DNA of 39,843 bases from a virus. Of this stretch, positions 1-6,635 are shown piece by piece. The position numbers and the translations under genes were made by a program. Each line of letters starts with the position of its first letter. Position 1 is the first letter of the stretch. The stretch lies in IMG/VR virus record IMGVR_UViG_3300029893_000027, one strand, 5' to 3'. The notes under the pieces were generated by a model. It did not search any database and was not told the origin of the DNA. It saw nothing but the letters and a program-made list of their open reading frames with translations.

Positions 1-99
1 AATGGGCAATAACCTTTGTGCAAAATGTCGCCTTGCTCTTCTCTACTCAATCTCTCCCATTCTTCCATTTTCATTTTTTTCTGCCTCATCCTCCTTAAA
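1..99. repeat. Terminal direct repeat, copy A (identical to 39745..39843), signature of a circular assembly
   Basis: Direct comparison: nt 1-99 (aatgggcaataacctttgtg...ctccttaaa) equal nt 39745-39843. The repeat lies inside coding sequence. Confidence 0.95.
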
Positions 100-951
100 T
101 GTTATAAGTTTACTTTCTCCATATAAACACAATTCATAATATATGCATCTTCCCATATTGTTGCAGCTATTATAATTGAGATAAAAATCTTGCTTCAGCA
201 AACTAATCTCAATCTGCTCACACCATTTTGCAAACATTACTGCAAACTTGTCAATTTCATCAGATGTGCGATTGCTGATATCACGACCAAATCTTTCTTT
301 TGGGTTGTCTGCAACGGAGATGCCATTGATGATAGCTCCACTGCATTGACCACACAACTCTCTGCATGCATACACATATCCATCAATCTGCACTGATGGG
401 CGGAAGCTCCTATAAAATGAGAGACCAAGTGCTGATGTTGTCTTGTGGTCTTTTACAAAAATGTTTTTTTCCCACTCAACAATTTGGTCAATCTTCCCTA
501 CATACATCCTTCCTTCTTCCATACCAACACAAAATTTAATCTCCATTTGTCTTATCTGGTATGGCTCTTCAAAGTATCTCTTCACATACTCTTTGAGGAT
601 AACTTCTCCACGTTCTCTCGTTCTTCTCCCATTGCCGATGTCTTTTGGCAATTGTTCAAATACTTTGACTGCTTCAATTATATCTTTCGTTTTATACCAC
701 ACCAACAATGCCTCGTGCATCACACGCCCAAACACCAATGCAGGTGGCTCAACAACTGGTACTAAGTTACGCACATACCTCCAATAAAACTTTTGGGGGC
801 AAGAGAGATATGTGCTAATAGCACTTGCATCATATACTCTTTTTTTTAAGTCGGCTTTGACCAATTGGTTCCCTTCTTCTTTGCTCTTTGGCGCCACTTC
901 CTCATATATTTTCTCATTCTCACACTGAATGGAGTGGGCAAAAAAGGACAA
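43..951 (-). CDS. PD-(D/E)XK exonuclease, Cas4-like/RecB-family, with Cys cluster
   Basis: Motifs STYLSCPQKFYWRYV, GRVMHEALL, GKIDQIV, VKDHKTT and QIDGYVY, plus one N-terminal Cys and C-terminal C-x5-C-x6-C (NSCNNMGRCIYYELC), as in Cas4/AddB Fe-S nucleases. The start is TTG at 951; an alternative TTG at 864 has an SD-like GAAGGGA. Confidence 0.8.
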   Translation of the reverse strand: MSFFAHSIQCENEKIYEEVAPKSKEEGNQLVKADLKKRVYDASAISTYLSCPQKFYWRYVRNLVPVVEPPALVFGRVMHEALLVWYKTKDIIEAVKVFEQLPKDIGNGRRTRERGEVILKEYVKRYFEEPYQIRQMEIKFCVGMEEGRMYVGKIDQIVEWEKNIFVKDHKTTSALGLSFYRSFRPSVQIDGYVYACRELCGQCSGAIINGISVADNPKERFGRDISNRTSDEIDKFAVMFAKWCEQIEISLLKQDFYLNYNSCNNMGRCIYYELCLYGESKLITFKEDEAEKNENGRMGEIE

Positions 952-1067
952 CTCTTTCTACATTCTTTGTAATTCCATCTCCCGTGGTGGCCAAACAACT
1001 CTTCTATCTCTTCTTCGACTTTGATATGATTTATATAATATTCGCATGTCTTACATCTTTTATTCAC
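846..1067 (-). CDS. Small Cys-containing protein (CxxC...CxxxC), unknown function
   Basis: GTG start overlaps the upstream stop (GTGA), with SD-like AAGGGA 5 nt upstream. The 3' end overlaps the nuclease ORF, so its extent is uncertain. Confidence 0.45.
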   Translation of the reverse strand: MNKRCKTCEYYINHIKVEEEIEELFGHHGRWNYKECRKSCPFLPTPFSVRMRKYMRKWRQRAKKKGTNWSKPT

Positions 1068-1255
1068 AATTTTCCCTTTTTTATCTTCTCTTCAATTATT
1101 TGTGTTGTACCCCACAATGCAAACTTTGCTGACAGCAAGTTATCGTTACATATTTTAACTGCACATTTAAATAATTTTTTGCTCATCTCTTCAATGTCAT
1201 TTCTATATTGTTGAAGAGGTGACTTAAGTCTCTTCTGCCTTTTTCCTTCTCTCAC
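1064..1255 (-). CDS. Hypothetical small protein
   Basis: ORF in the operon frame. GTG start at 1255, or an internal ATG (MSKKLFKC...) at 1183. No clear SD. Confidence 0.35.
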   Translation of the reverse strand: MREGKRQKRLKSPLQQYRNDIEEMSKKLFKCAVKICNDNLLSAKFALWGTTQIIEEKIKKGKL

Positions 1256-1385
1256 TCTCTATCATCCTCCTTTCTTTGCTTCTCATTCTTTTTTCCTTTC
1301 CAATTTCACTTCTTTTTTCTCTGATTTTCTTCAATTCTTCTCTCAACTCTTCTTCTGTCAATTTCTTAAAGTCAATGTAATCCAT
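1224..1385 (-). CDS. Small highly charged (K/E/R) coiled-coil-like protein
   Basis: ATG (MDYIDFKKL...) preceded by GAGGAGGACAAAG. The track ORF 1224..1415 was trimmed to this start. Confidence 0.55.
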   Translation of the reverse strand: MDYIDFKKLTEEELREELKKIREKRSEIGKEKRMRSKERRMIESERRKKAEET

Positions 1386-1809
1386 CTTTGTCCTCCTCGT
1401 ATTCAGCCTCTCCATATTGCTTTATGTGTTCCACTATTGCTTTTGCGGTCCAAGAATTTGGGATATCCCGTAACCTTCTTACTTCTCCCATTGTGTAGCC
1501 ATATTTCAATAAATTATAACATACTGTTGCTTCCATTCTTATGTCGCCAACTCTTACAAGAGGTATCAGTAAAGTGTTACTTTCTTTTTTATAAATAGGT
1601 TTTTTTACCTTTGCAAGAATATATTTCGGTTTTTCTTTTTCTTTGTATTCTCTACCTCCATTCTCTTTAATTCGTAATATGTGATGACACTCCAACCGCT
1701 TAAATTTCCAAAGGGGGCAACTGCAACCGTAATTTCCTTCTGTATCTATTGCAACTGTCCAGACATTTCCATTGCTACCATCGACTTTCCATTTTTTTAT
1801 CCATTTCAT
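1372..1809 (-). CDS. SWIM-type zinc-finger protein
   Basis: CSCPLWKFKRLECHHI fits the CxCx(n)CxH SWIM signature. The ATG at 1809 is preceded by AAGGAAGTGA. Confidence 0.7.
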   Translation of the reverse strand: MKWIKKWKVDGSNGNVWTVAIDTEGNYGCSCPLWKFKRLECHHILRIKENGGREYKEKEKPKYILAKVKKPIYKKESNTLLIPLVRVGDIRMEATVCYNLLKYGYTMGEVRRLRDIPNSWTAKAIVEHIKQYGEAEYEEDKDGLH

Positions 1810-1814
1810 TTTAA

Positions 1815-1997
1815 TCACTTCCTTTTATAACTATTACAACTATTTGGTAAAAATCTTGCACCCGTTACTTTGCGCATCCCTAAATTGCCTACCCATATCC
1901 ATTTTCCTTCATCCATAAGTGTATAACTATACACACAACTAATACATGACTTCATTCTCATAAACTTAAATTCCAATTGTTTTTCTTTATTTTTCAA
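1815..1997 (-). CDS. Doubtful small ORF (CxxC)
   Basis: TTG start without an SD. The internal ATG (MRMKSCISC...) also lacks an SD. It is kept only because it fills the gap downstream of a promoter-like site. Confidence 0.3.
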   Translation of the reverse strand: MKNKEKQLEFKFMRMKSCISCVYSYTLMDEGKWIWVGNLGMRKVTGARFLPNSCNSYKRK

Positions 1998-2027
1998 TTA
2001 AATGATTAATAATATCACTTTTTTAAT

Positions 2028-2056
2028 ATTTATTAGATAAATAAATTGATTGTCAA
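2028..2056 (-). promoter_or_regulatory. Possible internal sigma70-like promoter (TTGACA-17-ATAAAT)
   Basis: On the minus strand, TTGACA is at 2056-2051, followed by a 17-nt spacer and ATAAAT at 2033-2028. Confidence 0.4.
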
Positions 2057-2069
2057 ATAAAATATATTT

Positions 2070-2189
2070 TTACCTTCTTGCTAAAATTGCCACAAAAATT
2101 ATACAAATTACACTAATTGCGCACAACACAAATGCCACAAATTCAGCAATCCTAAAGTTAGGATGTAACCCGTATTTTTCTTTATCCAT
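2070..2189 (-). CDS. 39-aa single-pass membrane peptide
   Basis: Hand-translated: MDKEKYGLHPNFRIAEFVAFVLCAISVICIIFVAILARR. SD GGAGGTTGAAAA lies upstream. It is below the track length cutoff. Confidence 0.5.
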   Translation of the reverse strand: MDKEKYGLHPNFRIAEFVAFVLCAISVICIIFVAILARR

Positions 2190-2228
2190 TTTTCAACCTC
2201 CATTTTTTCAACTTCAATTTCTTCAACT

Positions 2229-2384
2229 TCAACTTTCAATTTCTCTTCCTAACACTTCCTCAATCTCCACCTCTTTTTCACTTTTATATCTCATCCTTTG
2301 AAACTTCACGCAAAAATAATCATTCCCTTCACACATCAGGTTTTGGTACAATTCGCAATGCTCACAAATAGGCGCTATTTCCAT
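2229..2384 (-). CDS. 51-aa Cys-rich (zinc-ribbon-like) protein
   Basis: Hand-translated: MEIAPICEHCELYQNLMCEGNDYFCVKF... SD GGAGGTGGTAAAG lies directly upstream. Confidence 0.55.
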   Translation of the reverse strand: MEIAPICEHCELYQNLMCEGNDYFCVKFQRMRYKSEKEVEIEEVLGREIES

Positions 2385-2420
2385 CTTTACCACCTCCTTT
2401 GTTTTTTATACTAAATCAAT

Positions 2421-2567
2421 TTATCTGGTATAATAAAATATTCTATGCGCTGTCTCATTCATTTCTATGTCCTCATAGTTTATATATCCGCCCAATACTT
2501 CATCATAAATCATACTTATAATGTCAATGTAAGGCGTATATCTCTCAGGTATCCCTTCATCTTCCAT
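2421..2567 (-). CDS. 48-aa hypothetical protein
   Basis: Hand-translated: MEDEGIPERYTPYIDIISMIYDEVLGGY... Its start overlaps the upstream stop as TAATG, which suggests translational coupling. Confidence 0.5.
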   Translation of the reverse strand: MEDEGIPERYTPYIDIISMIYDEVLGGYINYEDIEMNETAHRIFYYTR

Positions 2568-2734
2568 TATATTGAAGCAATGGTCCTGCAATTCTCCTCA
2601 ATTTTGTAAGGAGTCTCATTTATATCATCCAATTTTTTTAATGCCATCTTTTTTATTTCCTTTACTTCTTTGTCGCATAGCTTTCTATTGATTTCCCGTT
2701 TAAAGACAGTTTCAAATTCTTCATATCGACTCAT
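2567..2734 (-). CDS. 55-aa hypothetical protein, first gene of the leftward arm
   Basis: Hand-translated: MSRYEEFETVFKREINRKLCDKEVKEIKK... SD GGAGGTGATAAAG lies upstream. Confidence 0.55.
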   Translation of the reverse strand: MSRYEEFETVFKREINRKLCDKEVKEIKKMALKKLDDINETPYKIEENCRTIASI

Positions 2735-2924
2735 CTTTATCACCTCCTTTTTTATTTTTCATTGTTCAAACGTAAAATTTGGATAAATAAATTGACTATC
2801 AAATGATGAAATATTGAAAAATTGGTTGATTGAGGGAAATTCAGGCAAAAAAATCAAGCGGAAACAGGGCAAGGTTGAAAGATTATTGATGGGTTGATAG
2901 TTTAGTATGGGCTGGAATTTCAAC

Positions 2925-2984
2925 ATTTCAATTTCGATTTCCATTTCGATTTCAATTTCGATTTCCATTTCGATTTCGATTTCC
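2925..2984. repeat. Hexanucleotide-phased tandem array (ATTTCN)x10 with a 24-nt super-unit
   Basis: Reads atttca atttcg atttcc atttcg atttca atttcg atttcc atttcg atttcg atttcc with no phase slip. It lies in the predicted 5' leader of the leftward transcript. Confidence 0.9.
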
Positions 2985-3020
2985 AATATTGATTGGCGGG
3001 TCTGATTTTTGATTGAGCGT

Positions 3021-3049
3021 ATTATACCATAAAAGAAATGATTTGTCAA
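3021..3049 (-). promoter_or_regulatory. Near-consensus sigma70 promoter for the leftward arm (TTGACA-17-TGgTATAAT)
   Basis: On the minus strand, TTGACA is at 3049-3044, followed by a 17-nt spacer and TATAAT at 3026-3021 with an extended -10 TG. Confidence 0.75.
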
Positions 3050-3073
3050 GTAAAAAATTTAAAATTATTTGGA

Positions 3074-3180
3074 TTTTGAAATTGTGAAATTACATAAATT
3101 GGAAGGAAAAAATTTTTGTATTGTGGGAATGTGAAATTATGTAAATTGAATTTTGAAATTATGAAATTATATAAATTGAA
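3074..3180. repeat. Three copies of a 19-29-nt iteron-like unit (TTTTGAAATT)RTGAAATTAYRTAAATTGR
   Basis: Copies at 3074-3102, 3131-3150 and 3151-3180, aligned by eye with a few mismatches. Confidence 0.8.
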
Positions 3181-3240
3181 TTGAATTGAGTTGAATTGAA
3201 TTGAGTTGAGTTGAGATAAGTTGAGCTGAATTAAGCTTAA
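3176..3240. repeat. Pentanucleotide-phased array (TTGAR)x13
   Basis: Reads ttgaa ttgaa ttgag ttgaa ttgaa ttgag ttgag ttgag ataag ttgag ctgaa ttaag cttaa. The phase is kept throughout. Confidence 0.85.
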
Positions 3241-3299
3241 ATTACATTCGAATGAACAACGCAAATGTTGTGATTGTCGAATATGACTTATTCAATAAT

Positions 3300-3335
3300 T
3301 TATGCAAAAACTTATGCAAAAACTTATGCAAAGAC
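3300..3335. repeat. 12-nt tandem repeat x3 (TTATGCAAAAAC)
   Basis: Reads ttatgcaaaaac ttatgcaaaaac ttatgcaaagac. Confidence 0.9.
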
Positions 3336-3346
3336 ATTGTTGAAGA

Positions 3347-3472
3347 TGTGGCAAAAATTATGGAACTAACCTGTTGCAATTGTTGGGGTTGTGGCAAAAA
3401 TATGGAAAACGGATGTTGATGAAATTGTTGCAAATGATTGAAATTATTGAAGATGTGGCGAAAATATGGAAA
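3347..3472. repeat. Three dispersed 18-19-nt iterons TGTGGCRAAAA(T)TATGGAA
   Basis: Copies at 3347-3365, 3390-3407 and 3454-3471. Copies 1 and 3 share a longer flank, ATTRTTGAAGATGTGGC. Confidence 0.8.
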
Positions 3473-3475
3473 TAT

Positions 3476-3643
3476 GGAATATGGAAGGGATATATATAAA
3501 GAAAGGAAGAAAGAAAGGAAAGTCTCTTCTTTCTTTTTTCTATATATACAAAAAAAAATAAAAAAAAAAGAAAAAAAAAGAAAACTATAGAGAACCCTGG
3601 AGAGATAAATATATATATATGTCCCTTCCATACGCCATATTCC
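3476..3643. repeat. Imperfect inverted repeat enclosing a polypurine hairpin and A9-T-A10-G-A9 tracts (candidate DNA-unwinding element)
   Basis: The left arm ggaatatggaagggatatatata (3476-3498) pairs with tatatatatgtcccttccatacgccatattcc (3611-3643). Inside are AAGAAAGAA/TTCTTTCTT and poly-A runs at 3550-3584. Confidence 0.7.
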
Positions 3644-3761
3644 ATAATTTTATCATTTTATAGTCGATAAACTCAAAAATTTCTGAATTTTTAAAGGCAA
3701 AAAATTCTTGTATCTCATTTAGTTGCATAAGTTATCGCCCTAACGAATGTGAATTTTTTAC

Positions 3762-3790
3762 TTGACAAGATTTCGAAGATGTGCTATATT
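3762..3790 (+). promoter_or_regulatory. Sigma70-like promoter (TTGACA-17-TGcTATATT) for the isolated early gene
   Basis: TTGACA at 3762-3767, a 17-nt spacer, then TATATT at 3785-3790 with an extended -10 TG. It lies 58 nt upstream of the 3848 ATG. Confidence 0.7.
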
Positions 3791-3847
3791 TACAATAGAG
3801 AAAAATATGGAAGAAGTAAAAATTAAAAGAAAGGAGGCGAAGAAGAA

Positions 3848-4108
3848 ATGTTTAAAATCACAAAGAAAGATTTAGAAGAAGAGATAAAGAGAGTCAATGA
3901 GCTTCTTGAAAAAAAGAACTTAATCATGACATCAACTTCTGGATATAATTACAGAACGCTTGAGCTTTCAACCAAGGATGGACGTTACCTGGGCGTGATG
4001 ATGAACCGTCTTACAGAAAAAGACGCTTACTATACGCTGGTTACTATTCGCCATGTCTTGTACGAAATAGAAGCTCAAGAAATTGAGAATCCAACCTTTG
4101 CTGTCTGA
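3848..4108 (+). CDS. 86-aa hypothetical early protein (isolated gene with its own promoter)
   Basis: ATG preceded by AAAGGAGGCGAAG. Repeat-rich noncoding DNA flanks it on both sides. Confidence 0.75.
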   Translation: MFKITKKDLEEEIKRVNELLEKKNLIMTSTSGYNYRTLELSTKDGRYLGVMMNRLTEKDAYYTLVTIRHVLYEIEAQEIENPTFAV

Positions 4109-4122
4109 ATCCCAATGTCCCT

Positions 4123-4162
4123 CTGAAGTGAGTGCCATCATCCTGAAGTGAATGCCATCATT
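4123..4162. repeat. 20-nt tandem duplication
   Basis: ctgaagtgagtgccatcatc is followed by ctgaagtgaatgccatcatt, directly after the 3848..4108 stop. Confidence 0.85.
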
Positions 4163-4260
4163 CATTGAGTAAGTGATGATATTCTTCCCTTTACAAATTC
4201 TTAATTGCTAACTATTGTTAAACTATTCGTTATTAAAATCATCATCAATCAAATCAATGA

Positions 4261-4280
4261 CCCCTGCCCTCCCCCCTCCC
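4261..4280 (-). other. Canonical G-quadruplex motif (minus strand GGGAGGGGGGAGGGCAGGGG), C-tract on the plus strand
   Basis: The plus strand reads cccctgccctcccccctccc. That gives four or more G3+ runs with 1-2-nt loops in an otherwise AT-rich region. Confidence 0.6.
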
Positions 4281-4304
4281 TTTGAAAATTTAATTAAGCA
4301 TCTC

Positions 4305-4510
4305 TTTCAAACTGCGACCCATTTTTTAACTCATCCATTTTCGAACTCATCCATTTTCAAACTCACTCACATAATTTCAAACTCACTCATTTTCAGACTC
4401 ACTCATTTTCAGACTCACATAATTTCAAACTCACACTTCATTTAATTTCAAACTCACTCATATAATTTCAGACTTTAGAATTATGAAAGTTTCAGACGCA
4501 ATTTTCAAAC
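4305..4510. repeat. About 12 copies of TTTCARAC(TCAC) at 16-22-nt spacing, upstream of the structural-operon promoter
   Basis: Examples: attttcgaactcatcc, attttcaaactcactc, attttcagactcactc (x2), atttcaaactcac... The plus strand here is nearly G-free. Confidence 0.85.
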
Positions 4511-4561
4511 TTCATTTGTGTCTGCACTGCACTGCGCAGTCATATCTTGTGTTTTGTTATA

Positions 4562-4589
4562 TTGACAAATCTAAATATTGTGGTATAAT
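4562..4589 (+). promoter_or_regulatory. Near-consensus sigma70 promoter (TTGACA-16-TGgTATAAT) for the packaging/structural operon
   Basis: TTGACA at 4562-4567, a 16-nt spacer, then TATAAT at 4584-4589 with an extended -10 TG. Confidence 0.75.
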
Positions 4590-4654
4590 ATAGTGCAGCA
4601 AAAAGCAAGTGGCAAATAGCAAAATTTGCAAAACAAATATTTACCTTTTTCAAA

Positions 4655-5146
4655 ATGGAGAATTACTCACAAAGCACAATTAATGCTATGCCAAAGAGGA
4701 TTAATTCGAGGCATAGGGCACTGATGAGAAGGTTGGTTGCGGGCATACCATTAAGTGAAGCGGCAGAGGAATTAGGGTATGATGTGCAGAGAGCATCACT
4801 TATTGCAAATAGCCCACTATTTAAAGAGGAGAAGAAGAGAATGGAGGAAGAAATTAAAGGAGAGTTTGTGAAGAGTGAAGGAAGTAAAGTGCAAAGTGAC
4901 CTTGTGAGAGTGAGGTTGAAGGAAGAAGCGTTGGAATCACTTGAGACATTAGTGAGATTGAGGGATAGGGCGAGTAGTGAGAGAGTGAGACAACTGAGTG
5001 CAATTGAGATACTGGATAGAGCAGGAATTAAGGCGAGTGAAAAGATGGAAGCAGAAATTGTGATTGATGCAAGTGAAGGATTAATCAATGCATTAAATAG
5101 GGCGATAAAAGAAATGAGGGAAAAAGATGCAACTGACAGTAGATGA
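4655..5146 (+). CDS. terS: Terminase small subunit (putative, HTH-containing)
   Basis: It lies immediately upstream of TerL and overlaps it. The N-terminus is HTH-like (RRLVAGIPLSEAAEELGYDVQRASLI) and the C-terminus is coiled-coil. No SD is seen. Confidence 0.6.
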   Translation: MENYSQSTINAMPKRINSRHRALMRRLVAGIPLSEAAEELGYDVQRASLIANSPLFKEEKKRMEEEIKGEFVKSEGSKVQSDLVRVRLKEEALESLETLVRLRDRASSERVRQLSAIEILDRAGIKASEKMEAEIVIDASEGLINALNRAIKEMREKDATDSR

Positions 5147-6635
5147 TAAGAAATTGAAGGCGGCGAGAGAATTGATAATTAAAAACTTTTCCTTGTTCTG
5201 TCAATCACTGATGTCGCCAGAATGGTTTGATGAGAAGTTCCATACTGAGTTGTGCAACTTTATGCAGAACTCAAAACCGAAGAAGTTAATTATACTGCCA
5301 AGAACTCACCTGAAGACAACAGTCTGTGCAACACTGTATGCACTGTGGCGTGCTACGCAAAATCCCAATATAAGAATATTGCAAGTAAGCAACACAACCC
5401 CAAATGCGGAAAAAACAGTGCGTGCGATACGGTCAATTGTAGAAAGTAATAAAGTATATCAAGTGTTGTTTCCAGAATGCGTGCCTAACTTTGGTAAGGT
5501 GAGATGGAGTGACCGTTGTGCGTGCCTGAATAGAAAGGAAGATTACCCAGAAGGAACATTTGAGAGTGCAGGTGTTGGTGCTAATATAATCAGACGTCAC
5601 TTTAATATAATCATCGAAGACGACACCGTTGCACCAAAGAAGGATGACTTAACAGGGGAAGAATGTATGCCAAGCAGGGATGATATTGAACAGGCAATTG
5701 GATTTCATCGACTAACAACTCCATTATTGATAAATGAGAATGATGAAGTGATTGTGATTGGCACAAGGTGGGCATCATACGACCACATCAATTGGATACT
5801 TGAAAATGAAAAATTTGATGTATATAACAGACCAGCAATTGATGAGAAAGGTATGTCATTGTATCGAAGATTTAGTATTGAAAGATTAGAGGCAATAAGG
5901 ATGGCAATGGGCACATACCTCTTTTCTTCACTTTACTTAAATCAACCACTGGCAAAGGAACAGATGGTATTTAATCCAGATTGGATTAGATATTATGAGG
6001 AGAATGAATTGCCAAATGAAGGAAATGGTGTGGTGACACATGACCCAGCTGACCCACCTACCAATCGTAAGTCTCAGGACTACAGTGCAATTGTGAGTTG
6101 TAAGCATACCAACAAAGGTGTGTTTGTGCGTAGATATATGAGAGACAGAGTTAGTGACAGACAAGCAATTGACACAGCGATTGATTATGCTGTGCAGGAT
6201 GGAGCATTAAAAATAAGGGTAGAGATTGATAGATATGCACATCTGCAATTTGCATACAGAGAAAGAATGAGGCAAAGGAATGTATATTTCATTCTGGAAG
6301 CAGTGAAAACGCATGGCAAGCAAAAAGAGGGAAGAATTAGACAGAGACTTCAGCCAATGTTTGAAAATGGAGTAATATTTCTGAAGAGAGGAATGAAGGA
6401 GCTGGAGAATGAGTTATATCAGTTTCCAAATGGAGCACACGATGACCTAATTGATGCGTTAGCATGGCAGATTGAAGGAGTTCATCCCACAGAGTTCAAA
6501 CCACCTCAAGTAACCATAAGGCGACGACTACCAACGTTTGAAGAGATGTTGCAGACACTCTACAGTAGACAGAGTAGAAGCAAATATCCGTTTGATGTAC
6601 AATTAGGAAATGAGTTGTTAACTAAACCATATTAG
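5127..6635 (+). CDS. terL: Terminase large subunit
   Basis: Walker A-like ILPRTHLKTT, Walker B NIIIEDD and a GTRW coupling motif. Nuclease-half acidic motifs are THDPAD...SQDYSAIV and GAHDDLIDALAW. Confidence 0.9.
   Translation: MQLTVDDKKLKAARELIIKNFSLFCQSLMSPEWFDEKFHTELCNFMQNSKPKKLIILPRTHLKTTVCATLYALWRATQNPNIRILQVSNTTPNAEKTVRAIRSIVESNKVYQVLFPECVPNFGKVRWSDRCACLNRKEDYPEGTFESAGVGANIIRRHFNIIIEDDTVAPKKDDLTGEECMPSRDDIEQAIGFHRLTTPLLINENDEVIVIGTRWASYDHINWILENEKFDVYNRPAIDEKGMSLYRRFSIERLEAIRMAMGTYLFSSLYLNQPLAKEQMVFNPDWIRYYEENELPNEGNGVVTHDPADPPTNRKSQDYSAIVSCKHTNKGVFVRRYMRDRVSDRQAIDTAIDYAVQDGALKIRVEIDRYAHLQFAYRERMRQRNVYFILEAVKTHGKQKEGRIRQRLQPMFENGVIFLKRGMKELENELYQFPNGAHDDLIDALAWQIEGVHPTEFKPPQVTIRRRLPTFEEMLQTLYSRQSRSKYPFDVQLGNELLTKPY

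Noticed and set aside
2427-2435. TGgTATAAT extended -10-like sequence on the plus strand
   Set aside because: It lies inside a minus-strand gene with no -35 element at 16-18 nt and no downstream plus-strand gene.
2925-3472. Possible CRISPR array, given the many short direct repeats
   Set aside because: The units are 5-19 nt with no unique spacers of 25-40 nt. No cas genes are present and there is no repeat-spacer periodicity.
2759-3645. Long minus-strand ORFs in the track (2759..3049, 3046..3264, 3242..3631, 3358..3645), with products such as EIEIEMEIEIEIEM... or FFFIFF...
   Set aside because: They are translations of tandem repeats and poly-A/T tracts. They have no SD and extreme low complexity, and they start upstream of the mapped promoter. 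The region is treated as noncoding.
4215-4445. Plus-strand 76-aa ORF over the TTTCARAC repeats
   Set aside because: It has a TTG start and no SD. The repeat-derived peptide is low-complexity, and the ORF is a product of a G-poor strand lacking stops.
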